A DNA stretch of 64,000 nucleotides from Klebsormidium nitens (Eukaryota > Plantae > Klebsormidiophyceae), in the NCBI GenBank assembly GCA_000708835.1, contig DF237390.1:12824-76823 (forward strand), written 5' to 3'. Positions 25,209-36,458 of the stretch are shown here, piece by piece. Position numbers and translations under genes: made by a program. Within the stretch, counting starts at the first letter, position 1. The number at the start of each line of letters is the position of its first letter. The notes under the pieces are model-generated. The model was given only the letters and a program-made list of their open reading frames with translations. It was not told the origin of the DNA and searched no databases.

Positions 25209-28200
25209 ATGCAAAAGGAAAGCAAAACAACGACGGCTCAGACCTTTCTACGGGAGTCATCAGACCGCCACCTCATCAGGCATTCTCAGCCCGGAGCAGC
25301 AGGCAGTTCGGCCTTTGTTTCCTCACAGCCGCGTTCGCCGCCAGTCCAGATGATCCAAGGTTTGGTTTCCCTCCCCTCGTACCACCGAACAGTGACATGG
25401 AAAAAGAGACTCCACGGCTTCGAGCGCGCGCTTCTTGAACAGGCAGCCACCCGGCTAGGAAGAGGCTCGGACAGGATTCTCGGTGGGTAATCATCCTAGG
25501 TTGTGCACCATCAGATTTGGCTACTTATCCGCATGCCCCGCCATGCCAGAAAGACGCTCGTCTGTGCCACATGGAGTTCGAACTTTCAAGAACTTGGGTC
25601 GCAGGTCAGCATGCAAGCTTGGCTGTGGCAAACCTGAGCACTACGATTGCAAGCTTCCTGCCAGTTTGAGGGAAAAGGCAGGTGTGAAAACGCAATGAAA
25701 TTGCCGTTCCAACTGACCGTCAGGCTAGCCGCTATTTAGCAACGGCTCGGGAACACTGCCGGCTTCTAAAGCCTCGGTATCAAAAGCGTCAGACCGCAAC
25801 GTTTTACACGCTGGCGAGAAAGAACAATTTCTTCAATTTCCTTGCTGCAGTCTCAGACGGGGCAACAAAATGGACAATCAGGGCACATTGGAGACGCATT
25901 GGTGGCGCGTTAGTATCTTCTCAGCGTCTCATAAGTCACTTGTGCAAAGACGGGCATCAAGCTATGGCAGCTGCAATTGATGATTGAGAATCTCTTTGGT
26001 CCTTCCGTCGACAGTCGCTGGTTTACCAGGACACTCCGGTTGTCTAGAAAATGAAAAGTGGGAAGATGCCGAGCAGCTTTCAGAGCTACCAGGCCCCGGT
26101 TGACGTCCATGAAGGTCCCCCTTGCATTTCACATGACCCTAGTGTTGTGCTGCGAGCAACCGTTCAACTTCGAAACTGGCCGATTGGGCGGCACGCCCCT
26201 CAAGGTGAGGCTGCCACCAGATTGGTGGTCCACTTATCTTATGTCTCCTTTCCAGGAAGGGGAACCAAGCTTGGCTATTATTACCCTGCTCCACTCGCTC
26301 CCTTCAACATTTTGGATGAAAGGTTCCGCTATAGTTTTGGCATTGTGAGAGTCTGCCAATGCTTTGCAAAGGAGGCTAACAAGTACCTCGATCGGTGCTG
26401 CGCATTAGTCACCTCAAGGAGGACTCTGGAATGTGTCCTCATCTTTGTAGAAGATGTTGACCGATGTACACTGGGAATACACTGCTGCTCATACTCTCTT
26501 GTTGCCTTGATGCGGTGGCGTATGCTGACCAATCAGGAGCCCGATGCATATGCATATGATTATTTCAGAATCAAACCAGCTAGGCTTTGGCAGCTGTTTT
26601 ATCAGGAAGGGATGCATTTTAGAAGCTGGTGAGTGTGTCGCCAGGCAACACATCTCCTGCTGTGTTGGCTATGGTACTGATCAAAGTCGTGTGCACCAGG
26701 CACTGACTCGTACACATCCTTGGGGGGGAAGTTTGACACGCGGTACCCCGGGTTGATGCTTGGGGGGAGGTTCTGCTACCTGGAGTGCATCGCAGAAGGC
26801 GTGTCAGCGGTCGTCATCACCGCAGAGGATACGTTCAAGCCTTCTCAGGATGTAAGAAGATTTGTTCTCAAAGACCTCCTTAGCGCGTGCAGATTGTTGG
26901 GGGGACACTGCAAATGATTGTTTGCCTCAGGGGCAAAAACCAGTGGGAGGACTTGTGGCCGGGGGGAGACTCACAACGCTTTTACTCCAGCAGGCAGTCC
27001 CCATGATCTGCTTTGGGGCTGAGAAGTATGCTTGCAAGCTGTTAGAAACCGGTCGCTTCCGGTGCCTGTATGAATATAGTTTCTTTCTGCGCCCCCTTTG
27101 TGGTGTTTTCAGTCAGCCCCCCCTGCACTTCTTGCAATCGTCAGATCATTACTCTTGTCCTCCACCCTGCCACAGTGTCTCAGTTCTTTCTCAAAGCCTG
27201 ATTTTGTTTTCACAAGGAAAGTGCACTCATCTGATCCAACACCTTCTCCATGGTACGGCATTCCAAGATCTTCTGACTTGCAATCCTTTGTTGAAAGTAC
27301 CCTCAACTTGGGGATATGATTGCTACACTCAAAGCTCCAGAAGCGAGGTGCGGCCCCCGCTTTCTCTTCTATTAACGTAGGCTTACGCGTCCTTTTTTTC
27401 AGGCTTGACCAGAAACGGGTTCGTCCTTGCCTCCTTCTGTGAAGAAAGGCCTAGTAATGACCCCCCAACCAGGTCGTGGTCAGAAAGAGATGATTGAATA
27501 ACACGGAAGTGGACACGAAAATGATCACCAGGCCGTGATCATTTAATAGACGCGGAAGCTGACCCTGAAGTGCAGCCATGACGACTTGTTGACCGTGAAG
27601 ATATGATCCCAATATAAAAGATAGAACAGATGCTGAAGCATCCTCCTACATCAAAGCAGGTTGTGGATGAAGGATCCACGAAAGCTAATCCATCTTCTTA
27701 TCCAGATCCAGGTCTGGGGTACAAAGTTTCAGATGGAAGGTAGCCAACCTTTCTGTCGGTCATGACATCATAAGACGAGGACAGAAGTCAATGCATCAAT
27801 TCTCTCAATCTTCATATGTGGACCGAGAAAGCGATTAGAAAATGAAGAGCTTCACAGTTGCATCCAGAACGAGATCACAATCGTCATGGCAAATACTTAG
27901 AAGCCAACCTGTTCACTTAACCCATGTGCTTAACCCATGACAGGTGGTCATCAAAGTGATGCACCAAAAGAATTGCAATTGAACTCTGCATAGACCGCAG
28001 CATTTTGTCATGTAGGTTGGGTCACGGGTTTTAACAGGAGCTAACCCGTTCGCTTAACTCAACCCCAGGTCGTGGTCATCAAGGTGATGCACCAGAAGTA
28101 CCGCGGGTGCGCGCTCCAAGAGGCGCACCACTTTACTTTCGAAAGTGGGTCACGGGAATAACGACACATAACCGATGCTAACCCGTTCGCTTAACCCGAA

Positions 28201-31200
28201 CCCAGGTCGTGGTTATCAAGGTAATGCACCAGAAGTACCGTGAGTGCGCGCTCCAAGAGGCGCACCACGTTGACGGAAACTGGGTCACGGAGATGACGAA
28301 ACATAACCGACGCTAACCCGTTCGCTTACTTTCCAAGGCCGTGGTCATCAAAGCGATGCACCAGAACCGCGAGTGCGCACGGCACAGACCACAGCATTTT
28401 TTCTTGTAGATTGGGTCACAGACTTAACAGAAGGTAACCCGTTCACTAAACCCAACCCCAGGTCGTGGTCATCAAGGTGATGCACCAGAAATACCGCGAG
28501 TGCGCCCTCCAAGAGGCGCACCACTTTATTTTCGAAACTGGGTCACGGATATCACGACACATAACCGAAGCTAACCCGTTCGCTTAACCCGAACCCAGGT
28601 CGTGGTCATCAAGGTGATGCACCAGAAGTACCGCTTACCACGAGTGTGCGCTGCAAGATGCGCATCACTTTCGGAAACTGGGTCACGGATATAACGACAC
28701 AGAACCGAAGCTAACCCGTTCGCTTAACCCAAACCCAGGTCGTGGTCATCAAGGTGATGCACCAGAAGTACCGCGAATGCGCGCTCCAAGAGGCGCGCCT
28801 CCTGCGCTTCCTCAACTCAAAGGACGTCCACGACGCGTGCCACGTCATCAGGCTGCGCTCGCTGTTCGAATTCCACGGCCACGTGTGCCTCGTCATGGAC
28901 CGCTTGTACGGGAGCTTGTTGGATTACCTGGGGCTCGAGGCGTCGCTCGGGAGGTCGAACCAGGTGGGTGAGAAGCGCGTGGGGAACAGAATGTCAGAAG
29001 ATCGGTCTTTAATCAGTCGCTTAAAAGCATTTCAACTAGTTTAAGAAAAAACAGTTGGGAAGGAAAGAGCTTTGGCGATTGACGGTTATAAGGTCTCTCT
29101 TATGTGACTGGAAAAGTTTTCTTGTACTGTACCAAATGCGACTTGGTCATTCCGTCAGTCGGAATGATATTTTGGTTGCCCACGGCTGTCGATTTCGGGA
29201 GTAACTTTGTGCATCAATGCAAAGAAGTCGCAGAGCGACTCTCGGTTTGAGGGGATTGAAATTTGCTGGCCGAACCGACTTGCTTCTACCAAACCAAGAC
29301 CTCGTTCTGTCTTTTGCAAGCTCTTCTCTGCGACCTTGGCAACTTTTACGCTCACTCTCCTTCGCATCCGCTAATTGTCACCAATTTACGATTTGAACGT
29401 CTCCTTCCAGCACCGTTTACGTTCTCTTAGCACCATTCGCCTCTTCTGAATCATGTCCCAGTTTTGCAGGCCCTCCTCCCCGACCTGCGCAAGATCGCGT
29501 ACCAGCTCCTGACGAGCGTCGCCTTCCTTGCAGCATCCCTAACCCTAACCATCTCGAAACCAAATCTCGATCAAAAAACTCCGCTTCCAACAATTTCACG
29601 ATTCCTTAGCACCATTTGCATCTTCTGATCCATGTCTCGGGTTTGCGGGCCCTCTTGTCTGACCTGCACAGGATTGCATACCAGCTTCTGGCCATTGTCG
29701 CCTTCCTTGTAGCGTCCATGAACCTCAACCACTCCCATCCCAGAAATCCATTTGTCACAGCCTCTTAAGCATTTGCATCTTCTGAGTAATGTCCCGATTT
29801 TGCAGGCTCTCCTGTCTGACCTGCGCAAGATCGCATACCAGCTCCTGACGAGCCTCACCTTCTTTGTAGCGTCCCTTGACTTCAACCACAATTCAATAAT
29901 GAAAAACGCATAGCAACATTTGCACCTTCTAAAGTCATGTCTCAATCTTGCAGGCCCTCGTTTCCGACCTGCGCAAGATTGCATACCAGCTCCTGACCAG
30001 CCTCGACTTCCTGCGCGCCGCCGGTCTGACGCACGCCGACTTGAAGCTCGAGAACATCCTCATGTGCCGCCCCTGCACCGCGGTTCCAGACCCGACGGGA
30101 GTTGGCGGCGACCGGGGGTGGGGGTCCATGGGGATCAAGCTGGCCGACTTTGGGAACGCGTTCGGAGAGTTGAACCACGAGGAGGAGGTGAGGAGGTTTG
30201 CAATCCTTGGTTTGCTTTTTACGCGAAATGAAGTCTCTTGGACGTCAACGCGGAAGAATCTGAAGATGCATTGACGATCCGGAACTGTGCGCTTCGCCTG
30301 CGCTAAGCGCGAAGGTCAAGCTAAGGATTGAAAGTGGTACGAAGGCGTGCTTCTGTGCTGGAGCCCTGCGCGCTCTCTTCAACCCACAGTCGACACTCCT
30401 CTAACACTTTTTTCCGAGATGCTTGTAAGCATTGATAAAGCTCGGACACTCTCTGTTAAATCCTCAAAAGTGTTCTCTCTTTGACGATCTTTCCTCCACG
30501 AGCCCTGATATCATTGCCCAGCCATGACTTTGAAGCCAAAGGCCTGTCAAACTCTCTTTCAGGAACGAAATTTTCTAACTAGAGCTCCCCCAGGTCTTTG
30601 GTCTCGGCTCGCGTACGTTGCAAGTCTCGTTCTTGAAGCCTCTCAGGACTGAAAATGAAGTGCCTGGTATCGTTTTCTCAGGACTTCGACATCCAGACTC
30701 TGTCGTACCCTAAAACCCGAGGTCCTCTTCGGCGCCGGCCCCCTCACCCTCGCGATGGATCCTGTTGCCCCCTCAGCTGCATCGTTGCTGAGCTAACGCT
30801 CCTCAAACATCAAAATCCAAAAGTCTAAACCTTCTACGACGTTCCACAGGACTTCGACATTTAGACTGTGTCCTACCGCGCCCCCGAGGTCCTCTTCGGC
30901 GCCGGCCCCCTCACCCCGGCCATCGACATGTGGTCGCTCGGCTGCATCATCGCTGAGCTGGCGCTCCATAAACGTAAAAGATCTCAAAAACCCTACAAAA
31001 CCCTAAAACTTCATACAATTTCCCACAGGACTTTGACATTCAGACTCTGTCCTACCGCGCCCCCGAGGTCCTTTTTGGCGCCGGCCCCCTCACCCCGGCC
31101 ATCGACATGTGGTCGCTCGGCTGCATCATTGCTGAGCTGGCGCTCCGGCGCCTCCTCTTCGCGGCCCAAACGCCCGGCCAGCTTCTCCAGCAAATGACCG

Positions 31201-33563
31201 CCGCGCTCGGGGGGATCCCTCCCCGGGCACTTTTCGGTTCCGGGCGACTTTACGCACGGGTGTGCAAAGAGGCCGGGTCGCCCTCCCCCGGTCACTTCGG
31301 GTGGGGTTCGAAGATTGGCTTTCACGGAGGCGCGCAACACTTTGGGGGGGCGGGGGTAAGGTCGAAGCTGGGGGCTGCGCTGAGTGCGATCGACCCCCCC
31401 CTGGCGGACTTGGTCTGCCGGCTGCTTGAATACGATCCCGCGTTACGGCCGACTCCGGAGGAAGCGCGCGAGCACCCCTTTTTCAAAATCCTAAACCCCG
31501 AGCGTGCGATCCGGGACGCCTTTCCTTCTGCTCTGGGAGGTCTGCCGTTCGCAGACATTGATGCGGAGCGCAACATGCCAGCTAGTGCAATGGAGGGGAC
31601 GACGTCAGGACGGAACGGGTTGGCGGAAGCGAACGGAGCCTATCTAAAGGCCGCCGTCAAAACCGCCCCTCTTTTTGCGGAGTCAAATGGTACAAAGTAT
31701 GGGACACGGCGCTTCGAGATCGCAGAAAAAGTCCCTGGTGTCTTGTTCCACAAACGGGGGGGTCCGCTTCCAAATGGTTTCCTCGTCGAAGAACCCCCCT
31801 TCCGGCCCGCTAAGAAGCGGAAGAGCGGCCGGGTGGCGGAGGCCCCGGGCGACGTCCCTGATGACGTCAGTCGTGTCGCTGCTGTCGTCACCGCTGGGGC
31901 TGGGAAACGCGCCTCGTTGGCGTGTGCGCCGGCTCAACGGTTCGAGGAGGGGGCCGCAACGGAAAAGGCGCCAAGCTGCGTTGAAGGGCCTGGAGACTTC
32001 ATGACGTCAGCAAGGGGAGTGACGGATGCAGAAAGCGTATCAGCAGCTCAATTAAAGAGCACTCCTTTGAAAGTGGGGAGGACGGAGCGCCTTTTGGGGC
32101 TTGCCAAACCCCCCCCGTTCTGCAACACGGGGTGGACTTTAGGGGAACAGGTCGCGGCGTCGTTCGAAAGGGGGGTCGAACCGTTGATAGCGGGAGAGGA
32201 ATCCAGCAGAAAAGCGCAACCGCCGGGTTTTGCGGTCAAGGTTCTCAAGGGCTGGAAAGGCAGGGAGGATCCTGTCTGGGGGCCAGGAACTCCGCCGGTT
32301 TCTCTTCCGGTCGAAACGACGGGTTTGGAGCAGATGGCTGAAGCGACCCAGGAAGGGTTGCGGTTGCGCCCGGTGGCTGTGCACACTTGGGGGCGGCCTG
32401 GCGATGGGGACGATGTGAATACGCCGGGGGAAGTGTCGTTTGCGGCCAGCTTGGTGGCGCGGCAAGGGAGGCAGGGTACGTTCACATTTGTACGGCGAGG
32501 AGAACTAGAAAGAGCGGGGGATATAGATGCGGCTGCGAAGGGTATGGGTCTCGTAGACAGAGAAGCGTGTGAACCCAGAGAAGACTTGCCATGGGGAAAA
32601 GGAACCGATGACCATGTAGAAAGCGAGCGGTTGAAAGCTCCCATTTCCGGCGTTGGGGTTTGTCTTGAACGCGGGGGGATTCGTACTGTTAAGCGAGGCG
32701 CGCAGGAGCCTTCCGCGGCCGGAAATTCGGACGTGTATCCCCGCGCAAGAGGGTCACGCCCTCACGAGCCCGTCCCGGCGACCGCTGTAGTGGGGATGGC
32801 GCCTAAAGAGGTCGCTCAAACGGCCGCCCGAGCAGACTTGAGAGAACAAGGCAAGGTTCTCGTTAGTCCAGTCGTCCCGTCAAGGGGAGCATCGACGGAA
32901 GGGGCTTGTTTCGGTCTGGCGAGCGTTCCCCTGCCTGTCGGCGGTGCGTTAGCAGAGCCCGTCTGCTCGGCGTTGAACGCCCGGGGGGGGCGGAATTTGC
33001 AGCCGTTCGAGGGGGGTGGGAAAGAACGCTCGACGGCAGAAGATGTTGGTGGACCCCCAGATTCGGACAGCTGTGGCTCGGCAGTCCTTTCGAGCCCCCC
33101 CTCGGGAGAGAAGCGCCTGAACGAGGTGGGTAGAGCGGGGAAAGATGGCGAGGTGGAATCGCCGCCCAAAGTCGGCGGGAATTTGGCTACGGCGGGGAAC
33201 CGGCCTGCCGCTAGCGAGCTCAGCCTCACGGTCGGGCCGTGTTGGGAGACCCGGGCGAAAAGAAAGAGGGACGGGGATCCCTCGGCTAAGCCGCGCGGTG
33301 AGGGGGGTGTCGGGGAGCGAGAGAAGCGAAGTTTGCGGCGTGGGGGGGCAGAAATAGTGGAGGTACATGCAGAGGATAAGGATTCGATACGTACGAGGTC
33401 CGCTAGTCGCTCAGAAGGCAGGGACGAGACCCCCCCTCTGCAGCGGCAGAGGGTGCTGCCAAGGAGACCGGCACGAGACGAGAAGAGTGTCGTGCCATGG
33501 TGGATAGCCGTTCCGTCTAACACCCAGCGAGACCCAAGTGATACGTCGTTAGAGCTCCTGTAG
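25209..33563 (+). CDS. CMGC-group Ser/Thr kinase (DYRK/HIPK/CLK-like) with a long low-complexity C-terminal tail
   Basis: Exons 25209-25359 (tentative), 26700-26851, 28739-28963, 29954-30187, 31029-33563, all phase-consistent. Motifs [74 protein letters not shown]. Confidence 0.9.
27455..28738 (+). repeat. Intronic tandem array of about 135-bp units, each an acceptor plus the first about 60 nt of kinase exon 3; six good copies and two decayed ones
   Basis: The unit ctaacccgttcgcttaaccc..cccag|GTCGTGGTCATCAAGGTGATGCACCAGAAGTACCGC recurs at about 27945, 28069, 28206, 28338, 28463 and 28600, with remnants at about 27470 and 27530. The real exon starts at 28739. Confidence 0.95.
29415..29953 (+). 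repeat. Intronic tandem array of three 150-180 bp units copying the acceptor and first about 65 nt of kinase exon 4
   Basis: catttgcatcttctg..tgcag|GCCCTC..GACCTGCGCAAGATCGCATACCAGCTCCTGAC at 29470, about 29649 (AG lost) and 29806. The real exon starts at 29954. Confidence 0.95.
30660..31028 (+). repeat. Intronic tandem array of two 170-180 bp units copying the acceptor and first about 117 nt of kinase exon 5
   Basis: cag|GACTTCGACAT..GAGGTCCTCTTCGGCGCCGGCCCCCTCACCC at 30682 and 30850. The real exon starts at 31029. Confidence 0.95.
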
Positions 33564-34579
33564 AGCTTAACCGTTCAATTTAATAGGCGCAACCTTAACG
33601 AGACCGGACTGCGCTTCTCGAGAAGCTAACGAGCTTCGATAACACTTGTACAAAATCTGCGCGAAGTTCACGTCAAAACCTTTGCACTAAGTTGCAAGTG
33701 ATTCTGTTCGGACGACGGTTCAGTCCGCGCCTTTGCTTAGTTGTTGTTTCATTGTTTGGATGCAATGCCAGGCAGGCGCGAATTGATCATATATACGGGG
33801 AGACAAGTTCGGGCCGGCCGCGCTCAACTCATGAACTTAATTAAGCTAGTTGCTGCTTCAAATGCCAGCGGACATTGACCTCCGACATGTAGACGTCATG
33901 CACGGTGTTCTGCGATCGAGGCAATCTATAAGCAACTTAGCAGCGCCACGGTATATATGTTGACGTTTTCTTCAAGTTATGATCAGATCCATCAATATAA
34001 TACACGTTTGGTAAGTTTTGAAATGATGGCCGGCGCTGTCCGAACGTGACGCGTTGGTGCCAGACAATACATTTTCCAAGCTTCAGATCATCCACTTATA
34101 AACATCTTCGGACATGCACTGAGCTTAAACAAGGTCCGGTGCACGAGCTAGTAGCTATCATTACAGAGACTCCGGCCATCGTTCGATGCATGCACAGATC
34201 AGTGCCGCCCACCGCCCGATCATGCAATGAGCTGGCATGCTCAGCTGACATATCACGTACACAACTTCGCCGTATATGTCGACGAAGGCAAAAGTAAAGG
34301 TGCTGATCCAATCAAGGTTGGTTGGTACGGAATATAACAAATCTAGCGCCGCAGTGTCTCAAAACGAGCTGACGTTGTATACAGGATTGCTGCTTGCTTG
34401 ATTGTGTATCATTGTGATGCCGTCTCTATTCTGGAATTGCTGATGCGTGCAGAAGCGTTTACAGTCTGACTTAGTACATCTGTCGGATCCTTCCCTCCAA
34501 TCCGCTTGTAATCTGTCCGCTGAGCAGCTACAAGCAACTTGCAACGCCTGCCCTTTCGTACTCAAACAAACCAGGCACG

Positions 34580-36458
34580 TCAAATGTTGTCACACAGCAC
34601 ATCAATTATGTGGTTAACCACCCCCTGCCCCGCCGCCTGCTGGACCGGGTCCTTCAAGATGAGCATCTGGTGCGCGTACTTTCGCCCAGGGGCACGATGG
34701 AACAGCACGTCCACCTTTGTCCACGACACCCGGTGCAATCCCCCGACCATTCTGTCCTCCAAAGCCCGGCACGCCTCTTCGCTGCTCCACCTGTGCGCGG
34801 GCTTCTTTCCCTCACCCGAAGCGACCCCCTTCCCGTCTTTCCCTTTCTTGCTCAAAGCAGCTGTCAGCGCCTCCGACAGCTGTCGCGTCAACGGAGGGGC
34901 AAAAACGTAGTCAAGCGCAGCCCCCTGAAATGAAGATGTTTCCGAGGTGTGCCTCAGCCCCGGGGTTTCCTCTACGTGCACAATGTGTGGGTAGCGAGCG
35001 CTGAGCCACTCTCGTCGCTCCGCTCGCTCGAGGCACCGCTTCTGGACTTGGTCCAAATCGGTGTCGTAGCGGATGCAGGACGTTTTCCAACCGAGCGCGG
35101 CGTCGTATCTTACGTTGGCGTACAAGTGCCTGCATGGGAGGTGCCTAGTAGTCTAAGCAAGCTTGTACATAGGAAGATAGATCTGACAACTGATGAATCC
35201 ATTCGAAAAAGAAGCACACGTGAACTCATGTGATAACTCGCTGTCGGCCACCTCTTGCAAAAGGGGAACCCAACCATCTCGACATAGGGGAAGGCAACTT
35301 AGAACCAGCTCAAACCACAATTGAAAAGCGCATGCAAAACCCTACTTTCTCACCTGCTTTCAAGCACCCCACGCGCATGCAAACACCTCCATTTTCACCT
35401 AATGCAGAGCGCCCCAAGCACCAGCAAACCCCCGGAACCCACCTCGTGCGGAAGGCCCCTAGCGCCGAGACGAACGGGCGGTCCTTGCAGTCCTTCGACA
35501 TACTTAGCAGCAGCGGCTCCCCGTCCACATTCCTGTCCCGCAGGAAAAGCTGCTTCAGGGTCCGACCCAAAAACACGCCCGAGAAGCACGACGCGACGCG
35601 CTCGAAGGAATGGACCCCGTGCGCAAATGGCCACTGGCGCCGGCCCCAGACACCCAGGTGGGGCACGGCAACTAGGATGAGGTGAGCAGGCTCGAGGCCG
35701 GCGATTGTGGGCTGGGGTTTTGGGTCGTCGGACCCGGGCTCTGATGCGAAGTGGCCGAGGAGGTTGCTCTCGGAGGGATCTAGCCCGACGCCCACAGGTG
35801 TTTGACTATTTGTGACAGTGACGGGCTGATGAGTATTGTAGCTTGGAAGAGAGTCTTCCTCAGTTGAGCGCCAGGTGGCACCATCTTGTTGGCCGCCATC
35901 AACCCCGAGCCCGGACTCAGCTTCCAGCGTCCCGTCAGGCACACCTTTCTGGCTGTCCTGCACCATCTCAACTCTTGTTGCCCGGTTTGACCCCTTCTCT
36001 GCTTCACCATCCTCTCCTCCCCGCTGCTTTTGACATGGTGTCCCCCCAGAATTGCTGTCAACTCTAGTTGCACCACCCTTCAAAAGCACATGAGCACTCC
36101 CCTCCTTTCCAGGCCGGTACAGCAACGCCAGGCAGTAGCGCACAAACAAGCCCCCCAAGGAGTGCGCCACAAACGAGATCCTCCGCAGCGAGGGGGTTCG
36201 TTTCACCACTTCTAAGACCCCCTCGGCGAGGCGCTTCCCCGCAACGTCGATCCCCCGCATCGTGTTGAAGGACACATTGTCCTTCTCTGCATACAGCAGG
36301 AAGCTCTGCTGAGGTTCTTTAAGGAGTAGGGATTCCAGATGGTTCCAGTCGTTTGGGTCTGATAGGATGCCGTTTGCCAGCACGATAAGGTGTTCGGGGT
36401 CGGATGTGCTGGGGCAAGGGGCGCTAGGGGTACCCCGAGCGGCGCCTGTGCAGACCAT
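34580..36458 (-). CDS. DUF676 family alpha/beta hydrolase (putative lipase or serine esterase)
   Basis: Exons 36458-35443 and 35129-34580. Motifs HLIVLANGI, ISFVAHSLGGLFVRY, PHLG, LYANVRYD, SWTKVDV, AHQML. Confidence 0.88.

Noticed and set aside
27900-28740. CRISPR-like array (conserved repeat with variable spacers)
   Set aside because: The repeats are copies of the host kinase exon and acceptor, the spacers are homologous to each other, the DNA is eukaryotic and no cas genes are present.
27900-31030. Arrays read as functional mutually exclusive exon clusters (Dscam-like)
   Set aside because: The copies cover only the 5' part of each exon, and most run into frameshifts or stops without an in-frame donor, so they cannot replace the full exon.
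31322-33523. Long antisense and alternative-frame ORFs over the kinase tail, and similar ones over ADAT1 (56747-57618) and DUF676
   Set aside because: These are expected by-products of GC-rich coding sequence and carry no recognisable motifs.
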